Shown piece by piece: positions 25,901 through 37,569 of a stretch of 64,000 nt of DNA (position 1 is its first letter; each line of letters starts with the position of its first letter). Source of the DNA: Balanoglossus misakiensis (taxonomy: Eukaryota > Animalia > Hemichordata); contig CM082583.2 in NCBI GenBank assembly GCA_040954595.2, positions 900,542-964,541 on the forward strand, written 5' to 3'. Both the position numbers and the translations under genes were made by a program. Below the pieces are notes generated by a model that was given only the letters and a program-made list of their open reading frames with translations, was not told where the DNA came from and did no database searches.

Positions 25901-28900
25901 TTACGCCAGTCTGTGTCCTATATATAGTGCGGGGCATCAGCCGTGCCAGGCCTAAGGAAATGTGAGTAGATCAATGTGGTCTCTGTACGCGTGTTTCTGC
26001 TCTAGAATGCCAGGGCTTTAGCCAAGCCATGCCGTAGGAAATCTGACTTGATCAACGTTGCTAACGAACGCTAGTGTCTGTCATAGTGTGCCGGGGTTTT
26101 AGTCGAGCCAAGCCGTAGGAGATCAGACTTGATCAACGTGGTCTCTGTACGCGTGTTTCTGCTCTAGAGTGCCGGGGCTTTATCCCAGCCATGCCGTAGA
26201 AAATCTGACTTGATCACCGTTGCTAACGTGCGCTAGTGTCTGTCATATCGTGACGGAGATTTAGCCGAGCCAGGCCGTAGAAAAATCGACTTGTTCAACG
26301 TTACCAGTGTGCAACTGTTTCTGCTCTAGAGTGTCAGGGTTTTAGCCGACTTATGCTGTAGGAAATCTGAGTTGATGAATGGGAATTTAATGTTAAAAAA
26401 CCTGTGTGGAAAGTGTCTCTACCCTTTTGAAACTAAGAAAATAATTTATTCTTATTTATTTTGTAAAAATCACAATTTTTCGAAAAAAAGTCGAAAATGG
26501 TAATTTTGTCATGGGTGATTCAAATTATACCGCCTTTTCTGGAATTTGCAGCACTTTTTACAAGAGAACGACACTTCATGCTCCATAATATTTCCGAAAA
26601 TGAAGAAAAGAGTTAATTTTTTATGATTTTTTAAAAATTTACCATTTTTGTCAAAATATGGCCAAAATGGCTATTTTTTCTTGAATTCCGTCAATATCTC
26701 TGCATTTTTGGAGTGGTCCAAAGTTTTAACATACAATCAACATGTCATATATGATCAGGGCACCAAATTCGAAGAACAAAGGTTTTTTTTTATTTTTTTT
26801 TCTAAAAATGACATTTTCAAGGAAAATTTGGTAAAACGCAATTTTGTCTGCAGTGAGCCAAATTGGCCGTTTTTTTGTGGAATTTGTATCGATATATGTA
26901 TACGAAGAGCATTCTATACTCCATCAGATTTCCGAAAATGTAGAAAACAGGTATTTTTTGTAATTTTCAAAAATTTACCATTTTGACCGAATTGTGGCTA
27001 AAATTGTTATTTTCGTGTTGAATGCCGCCAGTGTCACTGCTTTTAAAAGTCATTAAAACTTTTAACATACAAGCAATTGTTTATATATGATCAGGTCACC
27101 GAATTTAAAGAATAAAGAATGTTTTCCCTAAAAATGACCTTTTTGGTGCAAAAACGAATAAAACGCAATTTTGTATTAAACAGCTCATTCAGAGTGCATT
27201 TTTTATAATCAGCACCATTTTTACATATAATGGAAATTTCATACATCATCAGATATCCAAATATGAAAAAATGATTTAGATTTTAGATGATTGTCCAAAA
27301 GTAGCTGATATCTAATAAATGTAGTATTGAACCGTTCTGTCCCCCCCCCCCCCCTACATTACATGCGGTACGCCGATGTCAGCTTACCCGTCAGTACTGC
27401 AGGCCGTGCCCACAACTAACGTCGGTGTTTGAAACGCCCTGGTTAAATTCGGGCTTTCTCTATAAATTGACAGGCAATAATGTAGTCCTACCGGAATAAA
27501 TGTCGAGTGTTGACCCGCTGTGACTTTCCCTCTTCGGTTTGCCCGACTTAGCCAACGTCTTTGTACTAGAGGGTCGGGTCTTTTGCCGAGCCAGGCCGAA
27601 TGAAATCAGACTTGATCACCGTTGCTAACGAACGCTAGTGTCTGTCATGGTGTGCCGGGGTTTTAGTCGAACCAGGCCGTAGGAAATCTGACTTGATCAA
27701 CGTGGTCAATGTACGCCTGTTTCTGCTCTAGAGTGCAGGGGCTTCAGCTGATCCAGGCCGTAGGAAACCCGACGTGATTACCGTTGTTAACTTACGCCAG
27801 TCTGTGTCCTATATATAGTGCGGGGCATCAGCCGTGCCAGGCCTAAGGAAATGTGAGTAGATCAATGTGGTCTCTGTACGCGTGTTTCTGCTCTAGAATG
27901 CCAGGGCTTTAGCCAAGCCATGCCGTAGGAAATCTGACTTGATCAACGTTGCTAACGAACGCTAGTGTCTGTCATAGTGTGCCGGGGTTTTAGTCGAGCC
28001 AAGCCGTAGGAGATCAGACTTGATCAACGTGGTCTCTGTACGCGTGTTTCTGCTCTAGAGTGCCGGGGCTTTATCCCAGCCATGCCGTAGAAAATCTGAC
28101 TTGATCACCGTTGCTAACGTGCGCTAGTGTCTGTCATATCGTGACGGAGATTTAGCCGAGCCAGGCCGTAGAAAAATCGACTTGTTCAACGTTACCAGTG
28201 TGCAACTGTTTCTGCTCTAGAGTGTCAGGGTTTTAGCCGACTTATGCTGTAGGAAATCTGAGTTGATGAATGGGAATTTAATGTTAAAAAACCTGTGTGG
28301 AAAGTGTCTCTACCCTTTTGAAACTAAGAAAATAATTTATTCTTATTTATTTTGTAAAAATCACAATTTTTCGAAAAAAAGTCGAAAATGGTAATTTTGT
28401 CATGGGTGATTCAAATTATACCGCCTTTTCTGGAATTTGCAGCACTTTTTACAAGAGAACGACACTTCATGCTCCATAATATTTCCGAAAATGAAGAAAA
28501 GAGTTAATTTGTTATGATTTTTTAAAAATTTACCATTTTTGTCAAAATATGGCCAAAATGGCTATTTTTTCTTGAATTCCGTCAATATCTCTGCATTTTT
28601 GGAGTGGTCCAAAGTTTTAACATACAATCAACATGTCATATATGATCAGGGCACCAAATTCGAAGAACAAAGGTTTTTTTTTATTTTTTTTTCTAAAAAT
28701 GACATTTTCAAGGAAAATTTGGTAAAACGCAATTTTGTCTGCAGTGAGCCAAATTGGCCGTTTTTTTGTGGAATTTGTATCGATATATGTATACGAAGAG
28801 CATTCTATACTCCATCAGATTTCCGAAAATGTAGAAAACAGGTATTTTTTGTAATTTTCAAAAATTTACCATTTTGACCGAATTGTGGCTAAAATTGTTA

Positions 28901-31492
28901 TTTTCGTGTTGAATGCCGCCAGTGTCACTGCTTTTAAAAGTCATTAAAACTTTTAACATACAAGCAATTGTTTATATATGATCAGGTCACCGAATTTAAA
29001 GAATAAAGAATGTTTTCCCTAAAAATGACCTTTTTGGTGCAAAAACGAATAAAACGCAATTTTGTATTAAACAGCTCATTCAGAGTGCATTTTTTATAAT
29101 CAGCACCATTTTTACATATAATGGAAATTTCATACATCATCAGATATCCAAATATGAAAAAATGATTTAGATTTTAGATGATTGTCCAAAAGTAGCTGAT
29201 ATCTAATAAATGTAGTATTGAACCGTTCTGTCCCCCCCCCCCCCTACATTACATGCGGTACGCCGATGTCAGCTTACCCGTCAGTACTGCAGGCCGTGCC
29301 CACAACTAACGTCGGTGTTTGAAACGCCCTGGTTAAATTCGGGCTTTCTCTATAAATTGACAGGCAATAATGTAGTCCTACCGGAATAAATGTCGAGTGT
29401 TGACCCGCTGTGACTTTCCCTCTTCGGTTTGCCCGACTTAGCCAACGTCTTTGTACTAGAGTGTCGGGTCTTTTGTAGAGCCAGGCCGAAGGAAATCCGA
29501 CTTGATCACCGTTGCTAACGAACGCTAGTGTCTGTCATGGTGTGCCGGGGTTTTAGTCGAGCCAGGCCGTAGGAGATCTGACTGGATCATCGTGGTCAAT
29601 GTACACGTGTTTCCGCTCTAAAGTGCCGGGGCTTCAGCTAAACCAGGCCGTAGGAAATCCGACGTAATCACCGTTGATAACTTACGCCAGTCTGTGTCAT
29701 ATAGAGCCGGTGCACCAGCCGAGTCACGCCGTAGGAATCTGATTTGATCAACGTGGTCAATGTGCGCCTGTTTCTGCTCTAGAGTGCCGGGCTTCAGCTG
29801 AGCCAGGCCGCAGGAAACCCGACGTGATTACCGTTGTTAACTTACGCCAGTCTGTGTCCTATATATAGTGCGGGGCATCAGCCGTGCCAGGCCTAAGGAA
29901 ATGTGAGTAGATCAATGTGGTCTCTGTACGCGTGTTTCTGCTCTAGAATGCCAGGGCTTTAGCCAAGCCATGCCGTAGGAAATCTGAATTGATCAACGTT
30001 GCTAACGAACGCTAGTGTCTGTCATAGTGTGCCGGGGTTTTAGTCGAGCCAAGCCGTAGGAGATCTGACTTGATCATCGTGGTCAATGTACGCGTGTTTC
30101 CGCTCTAAAGTGCCGGGGCTTGAGCTAAACCAGGCCGTAGGAAATCCGACGTAATCACCGTTGATAACTTACGCCAGTCTGTGTCATATAGAGCCGGTGC
30201 ACCAGCGGAGTCACGCCGTAGGAATCTGATTTGATCAACGTGGTCAATGTACGCCTGTTTCTGCTCTAGAGTGCCGGGGCTTCAGCTGAGCCAGGCCGTA
30301 GGAAACCCGACGTGATTACCGTTGTTAACTTACGCCAGTCTGTGTCCTATATATACTGCCGGGGCATCAGCCGTGCCAGGCCGAAGGAAATGTGAGTAGA
30401 TCAACGTGGTTTCTGTACGCGTGTTTCTGCTCTAGAGTGCCAGGGCTTTAGCCAAGCCATGCAGTAGGAAATCTGACTTGATCAACGTTGCTAACGAACG
30501 CTAGTGTCTGTCATATTGTGACGGAGATTTAGCCGAGCCAGGCCGTAGAAAAATCGACTTGTTCAACGTTACCAGTGTGCAACTGTTTCTGCTCTAGAGT
30601 GTCAGGGTTTTAGCCGACTTATGCTGTAGGAAATCTGAGTTGATGAATGGGAATTCAATGTTTTCAATGTTAAAAAACCTGTGTGGAAAGTGTCTCTACC
30701 CTTTTGAAACTAAGAAAAGAATCTATTCTTATTTATTTTGTAAAAATCACAATTTTTCGAAAAAAAGTCGAAAATGGTAATTTTGTCATGGGTGATTCAA
30801 ATTATACCGCCTTTTCTGGAATTTGCAGCACTTTCTACAAGAGAACGACACTTCATGCTCCATAATATTTCCGAAAATGAAGAAAAGAGTTAATTTTTTA
30901 TGATTTTTTAAAAATTTACCATTTTTGTCAAAATATGGCCAAAATGGCTATTTTTTCTTGAATTCCGTCAATATCTCTGCATTTTTGGAGTGGTCGAAAG
31001 TTTTAACATACAATCAACATGTCATATATGATCAGGGCACCAAATTCGAAGAACAAAGGTTTTTTTTATTTTTTTTTCTAAAAATGACATTTTCAAGGAA
31101 AATTTGGTAAAACGCAATTTTGTCTGCAGTGAGCCAAATTGGCCGTTTTTTTGTGGAATTTGTATCGATATATGTATACGAAGAGCATTCTATACTCCAT
31201 CAGATTTCCGAAAATGTAGAAAACAGGTATTTTTTGTAATTTTCAAAAATTTACCATTTTGACCGAATTGTGGCTAAAATTGTTATTTTCGTGTTGAATG
31301 CCGCCAGTGTCACTGCTTTTAAAAGTCATAAAAACTTTCAACATACAAGCAATTGTTTATATATGATCAGGTCACCGAATTTAAAGAATAAAGAATGTTT
31401 TCCCTAAAAATGACCTTTTTGGTGCAAAAACGAATAAAACGCAATTTTGTATTAAATCAGCTCATTCAGAGTGCATTTTTTATAATCAGCAC

Positions 31493-31902
31493 TGTGGGAA
31501 AACATGCGGGTTTTGATGACGGCATGACTATTATTAGCTCAGTGATGACCTTTGCCGTCTTGTTTTTGAACTACACTGAACGTTTATTGTTGTTTTCATG
31601 TGTTTATTTTGTTCAGAAAACTTAGTTTTTACGTAGGAACATTACTGACTTTTTCCGGACATTGATTTCCGTGATTCCGTGCAACATTTCGAACTCTGAG
31701 TTAAGAACATTCTCGATTTCCCATCATGCTTTGTTGTTCATCGTGGAAGCCATGCCAAATACAATTTATTGATGCGTTGTCTGTTAAATTGCGAGTTTTA
31801 ACGCAATAAACCTGTGTTATTCTGTGAACGGGAGTAGCGGTGAGTTTCTTCAGTGTCCCTGGGAATGAGCGGCGGCCAAATCGTAAGAAAATATTCCCCA
31901 CA
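31493..31902 (+). repeat. 5' LTR (410 bp)
   Basis: Begins TGTGGGAAAAC and ends ATATTCCCCACA. Matches 37570-37979 except G31743 vs A37820. AATAAA at 31805-31810. Confidence 0.97.
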
Positions 31903-31910
31903 CTGAATGG

Positions 31911-31927
31911 TGGCGACCACGACGGGA
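31911..31927 (+). promoter_or_regulatory. Primer-binding site, probably tRNA-Arg(TCG)
   Basis: TGGCGACCACGACGGGA has reverse complement TCCCGTCGTGGTCGCCA. This matches the recalled 3' end of animal tRNA-Arg(TCG) (..TCCCTTCGTGGTCG-CCA) at 16/17 positions. It lies 8 nt after the 5' LTR. Confidence 0.85.
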
Positions 31928-32083
31928 GCGTGAGTACATCACATCACAACGCGTATTGCATAAGCCAGTGTATGCAGTGCAGTGAGCGGATCGGAGGCGT
32001 GTAAACAAAACTCAACGGCCGAGTCAAGGTTTGCCACTAACTTTATTCAACCGTAGCGGTACTTGCGAACATATATACGAAAC

Positions 32084-35000
32084 ATGGCTTTCACCGAGGA
32101 GAGATTCAAACGACAGCTGACAATCGCTGAGTTCAAACTTGAGGAAATTGTCGAGTTATCAAAGAGTGAAGACACGAGTGACGTCACAATGGCGTATGAA
32201 CAAATAGGAGAGTTGATCAAGCGATTAGAGAAATCGAAGGATGATACAACCGAACATCTCTTGGAATCAGGGTCTGACTTAGAATATGTGAAGCAGTGGA
32301 CAACATTACAGAAGGGTGTTATCCAGTCATTCAGAGAGGCACGTCTGAGTATCAGAAAGCAGATGGATGAAGCCATAGAAAGAGACACACAAACTAAACT
32401 TGAAAAAGAACTACATATTCAGCGACAAATAAACGAGGAGCAATCGAGATTCAGATTGCAACAACAACAGGAAATGGAGGAAGCGGCTGCACGCCAACAT
32501 CGCAGAGAGGAAGAATGGTACATGCAGAAACTAGATTTTGAAAAACAGATTGAGGCTAGCCATGCAGAACACATACATGTAGACCATAGGGAGAATGTGA
32601 CACCAGTGAACACAACACAATCAGTGAAACTACAGAAATATACTATCACTCCTTTCTGTGGTGATTACAAGGACTGGCTGCGCTTTTGGAATCAATTCAC
32701 CGTGGAGGTGGATGGATCAAATCTCTCAGAAATCAGTAAGTTCAACTATTTATTGGAACTAGTGAAGGAAAAACCCAGAGAGGATATCCTAGGTCTACCT
32801 CATACCGCAGATGGATATCAGGAAGCAAAGAAAATACTTGTCCAGACATATGGGAAAGACATTAAAGTACACAAGTCATTGATAAAGGAACTTGAGGAAC
32901 TTCCAACCGTCACCAGTATTCACAAGTTGTATGAAATACATGACTTCTATAACAAGCTTGCCAGAATAGTACGCACACTCATAACAATGAAAAAGTTGAC
33001 TACTGCACAAAGCTCAGTATACACACTGATGGACAAGCTGGGTCCGGTACGAGAAGTACTTGTACAAAAAGATGATAACTGGGAAGAATGGGGTCTGGAA
33101 GAGCTTGTTGAAAATCTGCGAAAATATGTGGAAAGAAACCCCCTGAAAGTAGGTGATGACAAAAATGGGAAAAAAGATGATAGACACACGCCATCAAAGA
33201 AAAAAGAAAAGTTACTTCTTGGAAACAACGGTGACTCTAAACAGGGCCCAGGTCGTAAATCCAGGTGTGTGTATTGCAGTTCAGAAGATCATTCAAGTAA
33301 TGGTTGTGTCAAAGTGCTTGATGTGGCCACCAAGAGAGCCATTTTGCGAAGAAACCGGATGTGTTTCAACTGTACAGGTGTTGGGCATCGTGCAGTCGAC
33401 TGTAGATCCAGAGGATGCAGGAACTGTACTGGTAAGCACCATACCTCCATTTGTGACAAGGAGAAATCAACACTTGATGCACCAGAAACTACAAAAATGG
33501 AAAAGGGATTGAGCACAACAATGGAACATGCAAACACTTTGCATCCTACCGTGATAGCCAGAGTGGGGACAGAGACAGTTCGTGTTATGTTCGACACGGG
33601 TGCTGGGAGTTCATACATATGCTCAGATCTGATCACCAAAATGCAGATGAAACCAGTCAAGACAGAACAACGCTGTATTGAACAGATGTACGGCACTGTA
33701 AGGAAGACCGTTGAGGTGTACAGTGTCACAATACAGTCAGCAGCAGTTGAGGGATTCTCATTCGATGTAGAATGTGTGAATGCTGAGAAGGGCATACTGA
33801 CGTACCTGCCTAACCCGAATATTCCAGCGCTAAAGAAACGATTTAGGCGCTTCCGCCGACTGCATTTCAGTGAGGAAGAGACAACTGATGATCAGATACC
33901 AGTTCACATTATCATCGGAGCGGCGGATTATCAGAGAATACGAACCACAGAGCCTCTTGTCTTGGGAACCTACCCGGATAAGGATCCAGGTGCAGAATTC
34001 ACCATGCTTGGGTGGACCGTTTCAGGACGGCATTCAGCGATAGGGAGTCAAACAGAGAAACAGTTCTTCCTGCGATCCAGTCAAGAAGAATTTGAGAAGC
34101 TGTGTTCACTGGATGTTCTTGGAATAACAGATACAGATACGAAAGAAAGCGGCACAATTCATGAAGAGTTCAAGAAGCAGCTCGATAGGTCAGAAAGTGG
34201 ACACTATGAAACAAAACTACCATGGAAGGAAGACCACATGCCGCTGCCTACAAACAAGAGGTTATGCACAGCTCGACTATACAGCACAACAAAGAAGCTT
34301 GAGAGAATGGGGAGACTAGACGAATATGACGAGATTATGAGAGAACAAATCAACATGGGAATCATCGAGCCAGTACCGATTCACCAGACGGGGGAGGTCA
34401 TACACTATGTCCCACATCAGGCGGTCATCCGAGAGAAAGCAGAGACGACGAAAATGCGGATAGTGTATGATTGCTCAGCCAGAGCCAACATAAGAAGTCC
34501 CTCACTCAACGATTGCTTGGAGACTGGCCCATCATTGCAGCCACTGTTGTTCGACATCATGGTACGAAACCGTATGCGGAAGTTTTGCATCACAGGGGAC
34601 ATTCAGAAAGCCTTCCTGCAAATCCGCGTACATGAGCAAGACAGGGATGCGCTGCGTGTGTTATGGTACAACAATCTACAAGATCGTAAAGTGACAGAGT
34701 ACCGCTTTACGCGGGTGATCTTTGGAGCGACTTCAAGTCCGTACATACTTGGGGTAACACTACAGAAACACATAGAGAGCTACAAGGAAGAATATCCGAC
34801 AACAGCCCAGACATTGTTGGATGATACATATGTTGACGATATACAAGGAGGTGGGGATACAGAAGATGATGTTGCGGCCTTCAAAGAAGAGTCCACCGAA
34901 ATACTGTCAAAGGGTGGATTCTCTCTTCATAAATGGCACAGCAACGTCACTCACTTAAACTCAGAAGAGAACAATAAGAGAGGAGAAGAGCAGGAGACTA

Positions 35001-37525
35001 CAAGTCCTGTCAGAAGTACATCCAGTGATGATACAAAGATCCTGGGTATTCCATGGAACAAGTGTGAGGACACATTAACAATCAGTTTCAAATCATGCCT
35101 GAAGAGCAGTGAACCGATCACCAAAAGGAAGATGTTAGCAGATATCAACACCATTTATGACATACTTGGATGGAGTTCACCAGTCACCATCACTGCGAAG
35201 GTAATCTTCAGTGAAGTTTGCCTCCTGCAGTTACACTGGGATGAGGAAGTTCCAGCTGAGATTCAACGGAAATGGCGGATGTGGATAAAGAGCTTGCGGC
35301 AGGCACCAACCATCACCATACCACGCTGTGTGTTCACCAACAAGCCAACACATTTTGAGATGCATGGGTTTGCAGATGCCAGCAAGGTCGCTGTTTGTGC
35401 TGCAATCTATGTAGTAGCATACAACAACTCTACACCGATCAGCCAGAATCTACTTGTGGCTAAATCAAGAATCGCACCGAAACAAGTCAGCATTCCCAGG
35501 TTGGAGTTGGTAGCTGCCCACACATTAGCCAAACTACAGAGTAATGTCAGCAAAGCATTGGCCGACTTTCCTATTACTGCCTGTTATAGTTGGGTGGACA
35601 GCACTACAGTTTTGTACTGGCTGTCCAATCACGGAGAGTGGTCAACGTTTGTGCGCAATCGAGTCAAGAAGATTGGTGAGCTGACGGAATCCAAGTGGAG
35701 ATATGTATCAACAGCTGAAAATCCAAGTGACATGGGAACTAGAGGGTCAGCGCCAAGCAGACTTGGGGTCATGTGGTTTCATGGACCAAGCTGGCTTTCA
35801 AATGACAGGGACAGACCAGTTCAGCCAGAGATTTCAGAGTCAGAGGGAACCATGTCAGAGAAGAAGTCGACAAAGAGAAGTGAAGTTATGCTACTCCTGG
35901 AAGATACTACTCAGGATGATATGAAAGCCTGGGCACAGGTGCTCCTCAGCAAATACAACTTCTGGAAGCTTCTCCGCATAACGTCATACATGAAGCGTTT
36001 CATAGACAGCTGTAAAGGGGTGAGAAGAGTTGGACCACTCACGAAATCTGAGATCGGAGCGTCAGAGAAGATATGGATCCGAGTGACTCAGCAGACAAAT
36101 ACCATGACCTCTGACCTCACACTGAAGACAGGTCAGGATGGAATACTGAGGTGTTATGGTAGAGTTCAAGGTTACAACCCTATCTTCATCCCAAGGAAAT
36201 CAGCCTTAGCGAAGCGTATCGTTGAACATTGCCATCTGCAAACTTTGCATGGGGGAGTGGCCACAACGATGAGTAAAGTCAGAGAGAAATACTGGATACC
36301 GAAACTACGATCTGTTGTCAAATCCATACGACATGGATGTATCTACTGTACGAAGTATCGAGCGAAGGTGTTGGATGCTCCAACGACAGCGGCACTGCCC
36401 ACCTTCAGAACCGAATTCACTGAGCCATTTGATGTGACCGGTGTGGATTTTGCAGGTCCACTTCTGTACAAAGTTGAGAAGTATGGGACGAACAAGGCGT
36501 ACATTGCACTGTTCACATGTGCCAGCACCAGAGCTGTACATCTGAAGCTTTGCAGAGACCTGTCTGCGAATGAATTCAAACGAGGATTGAAAGAATTTGT
36601 TGCACGCAGAGGTTCACCGAGTCTTATGGTGAGTGACAATGCCAAGACGTTCATCGCAACCAAGAATTGGTTGTCTACCTTAGAGAAAGATGAAGATTTG
36701 TTCAACTATCTCGCAACGAAGAATATAGAGTGGAAATTCAACATGTCACGTTCTCCATGGTGGGGTGGTTTCTTTGAAAGACTCATCGGCATCATGAAGA
36801 GAAGTCTTTCGAAAGCGATAGGACGAGCACTACTGAAGTTTGAAGAGCTCGAAGAAGTCTTACTTGACGTGGAGACTTTCATGAACAACAGGCCACTGTG
36901 CTACATGGAGGAAGATTTTGATCAAATGGTGATTACTCCAAACTTGCTGCTGCGTGGACAGCCAGCACAGTTTCTGGAGGACAGTGTGAGAGATGTAGGT
37001 GATTCACAGGATGAGATGAGTAAACGCATGAGGTACCTGAAGACCTGCAGACAAAATGTCCGTAAACGCTGGCTCAACGAGTACCTTCATGCCTTGCAGG
37101 AGCGATGCAGTAAGAAAGTCGAAGCGAAGGAACAGAAGTTGCCGGGAAAGAATTCGATTGTTCTGCTGAAGGACACAACTAAGAATCGAGCGAATTGGAA
37201 AATAGGGCGGATTGTAGATAACATTGTTGGAAAAGATGGAGTGCTACGAGGTTATAAGATACAGACCGGTAGCGGCTACGTTGTAGAGAGACCCATCCAG
37301 TTGGTGTGTGATCTGGAAGTCGGCGGGGCTGCTGATGAAACCGTGGTGGATGAAAACATCGGACCAGGAGATGCTGTTCCAGTGATTGACCAGGAGCGCA
37401 CTCCGACTGAGGAAGGGGACGGAAACCTGATTGGCCAAGATTTCAGACGCCCGGCTCGGCGAGCGAAGACTGCAGCAGTAGATCGTCTAGTTGGGGTTAT
37501 TGCTAATGAGAACGAAGATGACTAG
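32084..37525 (+). CDS. BEL/Pao Gag-Pol polyprotein (1,813 aa from the first ATG; the ORF track starts 7 codons earlier at TTG 32063)
   Basis: N-terminal coiled-coil-like region; DUF1759-type gag core (FCGDYKDWLRFWNQF..SKFNYL); three Cys/His knuckles typical of BEL (CVYC-X4-H-X4-C, CFNC-X4-H-X4-C, CRNC-X3-H-X4-C); aspartic protease MFDTGAGSSY (~33590); RT motifs RIVYDCS, SLNDCLETGP, GDIQKAFLQI, FGATSSP and YVDD (~34829); Pao RNase H HGFADAS, AKSRIAP, IPRLEL, WVDS, NPSD; integrase HHCC zinc finger and DDE core GVDFAGP, SDNAKTF, WWGGFFERLIG. ATG context is AACATGG. Confidence 0.97.
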   Translation: MAFTEERFKRQLTIAEFKLEEIVELSKSEDTSDVTMAYEQIGELIKRLEKSKDDTTEHLLESGSDLEYVKQWTTLQKGVIQSFREARLSIRKQMDEAIERDTQTKLEKELHIQRQINEEQSRFRLQQQQEMEEAAARQHRREEEWYMQKLDFEKQIEASHAEHIHVDHRENVTPVNTTQSVKLQKYTITPFCGDYKDWLRFWNQFTVEVDGSNLSEISKFNYLLELVKEKPREDILGLPHTADGYQEAKKILVQTYGKDIKVHKSLIKELEELPTVTSIHKLYEIHDFYNKLARIVRTLITMKKLTTAQSSVYTLMDKLGPVREVLVQKDDNWEEWGLEELVENLRKYVERNPLKVGDDKNGKKDDRHTPSKKKEKLLLGNNGDSKQGPGRKSRCVYCSSEDHSSNGCVKVLDVATKRAILRRNRMCFNCTGVGHRAVDCRSRGCRNCTGKHHTSICDKEKSTLDAPETTKMEKGLSTTMEHANTLHPTVIARVGTETVRVMFDTGAGSSYICSDLITKMQMKPVKTEQRCIEQMYGTVRKTVEVYSVTIQSAAVEGFSFDVECVNAEKGILTYLPNPNIPALKKRFRRFRRLHFSEEETTDDQIPVHIIIGAADYQRIRTTEPLVLGTYPDKDPGAEFTMLGWTVSGRHSAIGSQTEKQFFLRSSQEEFEKLCSLDVLGITDTDTKESGTIHEEFKKQLDRSESGHYETKLPWKEDHMPLPTNKRLCTARLYSTTKKLERMGRLDEYDEIMREQINMGIIEPVPIHQTGEVIHYVPHQAVIREKAETTKMRIVYDCSARANIRSPSLNDCLETGPSLQPLLFDIMVRNRMRKFCITGDIQKAFLQIRVHEQDRDALRVLWYNNLQDRKVTEYRFTRVIFGATSSPYILGVTLQKHIESYKEEYPTTAQTLLDDTYVDDIQGGGDTEDDVAAFKEESTEILSKGGFSLHKWHSNVTHLNSEENNKRGEEQETTSPVRSTSSDDTKILGIPWNKCEDTLTISFKSCLKSSEPITKRKMLADINTIYDILGWSSPVTITAKVIFSEVCLLQLHWDEEVPAEIQRKWRMWIKSLRQAPTITIPRCVFTNKPTHFEMHGFADASKVAVCAAIYVVAYNNSTPISQNLLVAKSRIAPKQVSIPRLELVAAHTLAKLQSNVSKALADFPITACYSWVDSTTVLYWLSNHGEWSTFVRNRVKKIGELTESKWRYVSTAENPSDMGTRGSAPSRLGVMWFHGPSWLSNDRDRPVQPEISESEGTMSEKKSTKRSEVMLLLEDTTQDDMKAWAQVLLSKYNFWKLLRITSYMKRFIDSCKGVRRVGPLTKSEIGASEKIWIRVTQQTNTMTSDLTLKTGQDGILRCYGRVQGYNPIFIPRKSALAKRIVEHCHLQTLHGGVATTMSKVREKYWIPKLRSVVKSIRHGCIYCTKYRAKVLDAPTTAALPTFRTEFTEPFDVTGVDFAGPLLYKVEKYGTNKAYIALFTCASTRAVHLKLCRDLSANEFKRGLKEFVARRGSPSLMVSDNAKTFIATKNWLSTLEKDEDLFNYLATKNIEWKFNMSRSPWWGGFFERLIGIMKRSLSKAIGRALLKFEELEEVLLDVETFMNNRPLCYMEEDFDQMVITPNLLLRGQPAQFLEDSVRDVGDSQDEMSKRMRYLKTCRQNVRKRWLNEYLHALQERCSKKVEAKEQKLPGKNSIVLLKDTTKNRANWKIGRIVDNIVGKDGVLRGYKIQTGSGYVVERPIQLVCDLEVGGAADETVVDENIGPGDAVPVIDQERTPTEEGDGNLIGQDFRRPARRAKTAAVDRLVGVIANENEDD

Positions 37526-37559
37526 AAAACCTTGATATTAAAGTTGAAATAACTTTAAT

Positions 37560-37569
37560 AGGGGGAGGG
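37560..37569 (+). promoter_or_regulatory. Polypurine tract (plus-strand primer)
   Basis: AGGGGGAGGG directly abuts the TG of the 3' LTR. Confidence 0.92.

Larger units (their letters stand above)
1..31492. repeat. Composite ~2.05 kb macrosatellite tandem array, left arm (15 poly-C landmarks; runs off the window start)
   Basis: The landmark GTATTGAACCGTTCTGT(T)Cn-TACATTA recurs at ~852, 2899, 4940, 6982, 9033, 11087, 13134, 15190, 17243, 19134, 21675, 23563, 25450, 27341 and 29232. Intervening sequence is highly similar, and the same short ORF translations recur with this period. Confidence 0.98.

Noticed and set aside
32047-37438. Short antisense and alternative-frame ORFs overlapping gag-pol
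   Set aside because: These are shadow ORFs of a long coding sequence with no motifs of their own.
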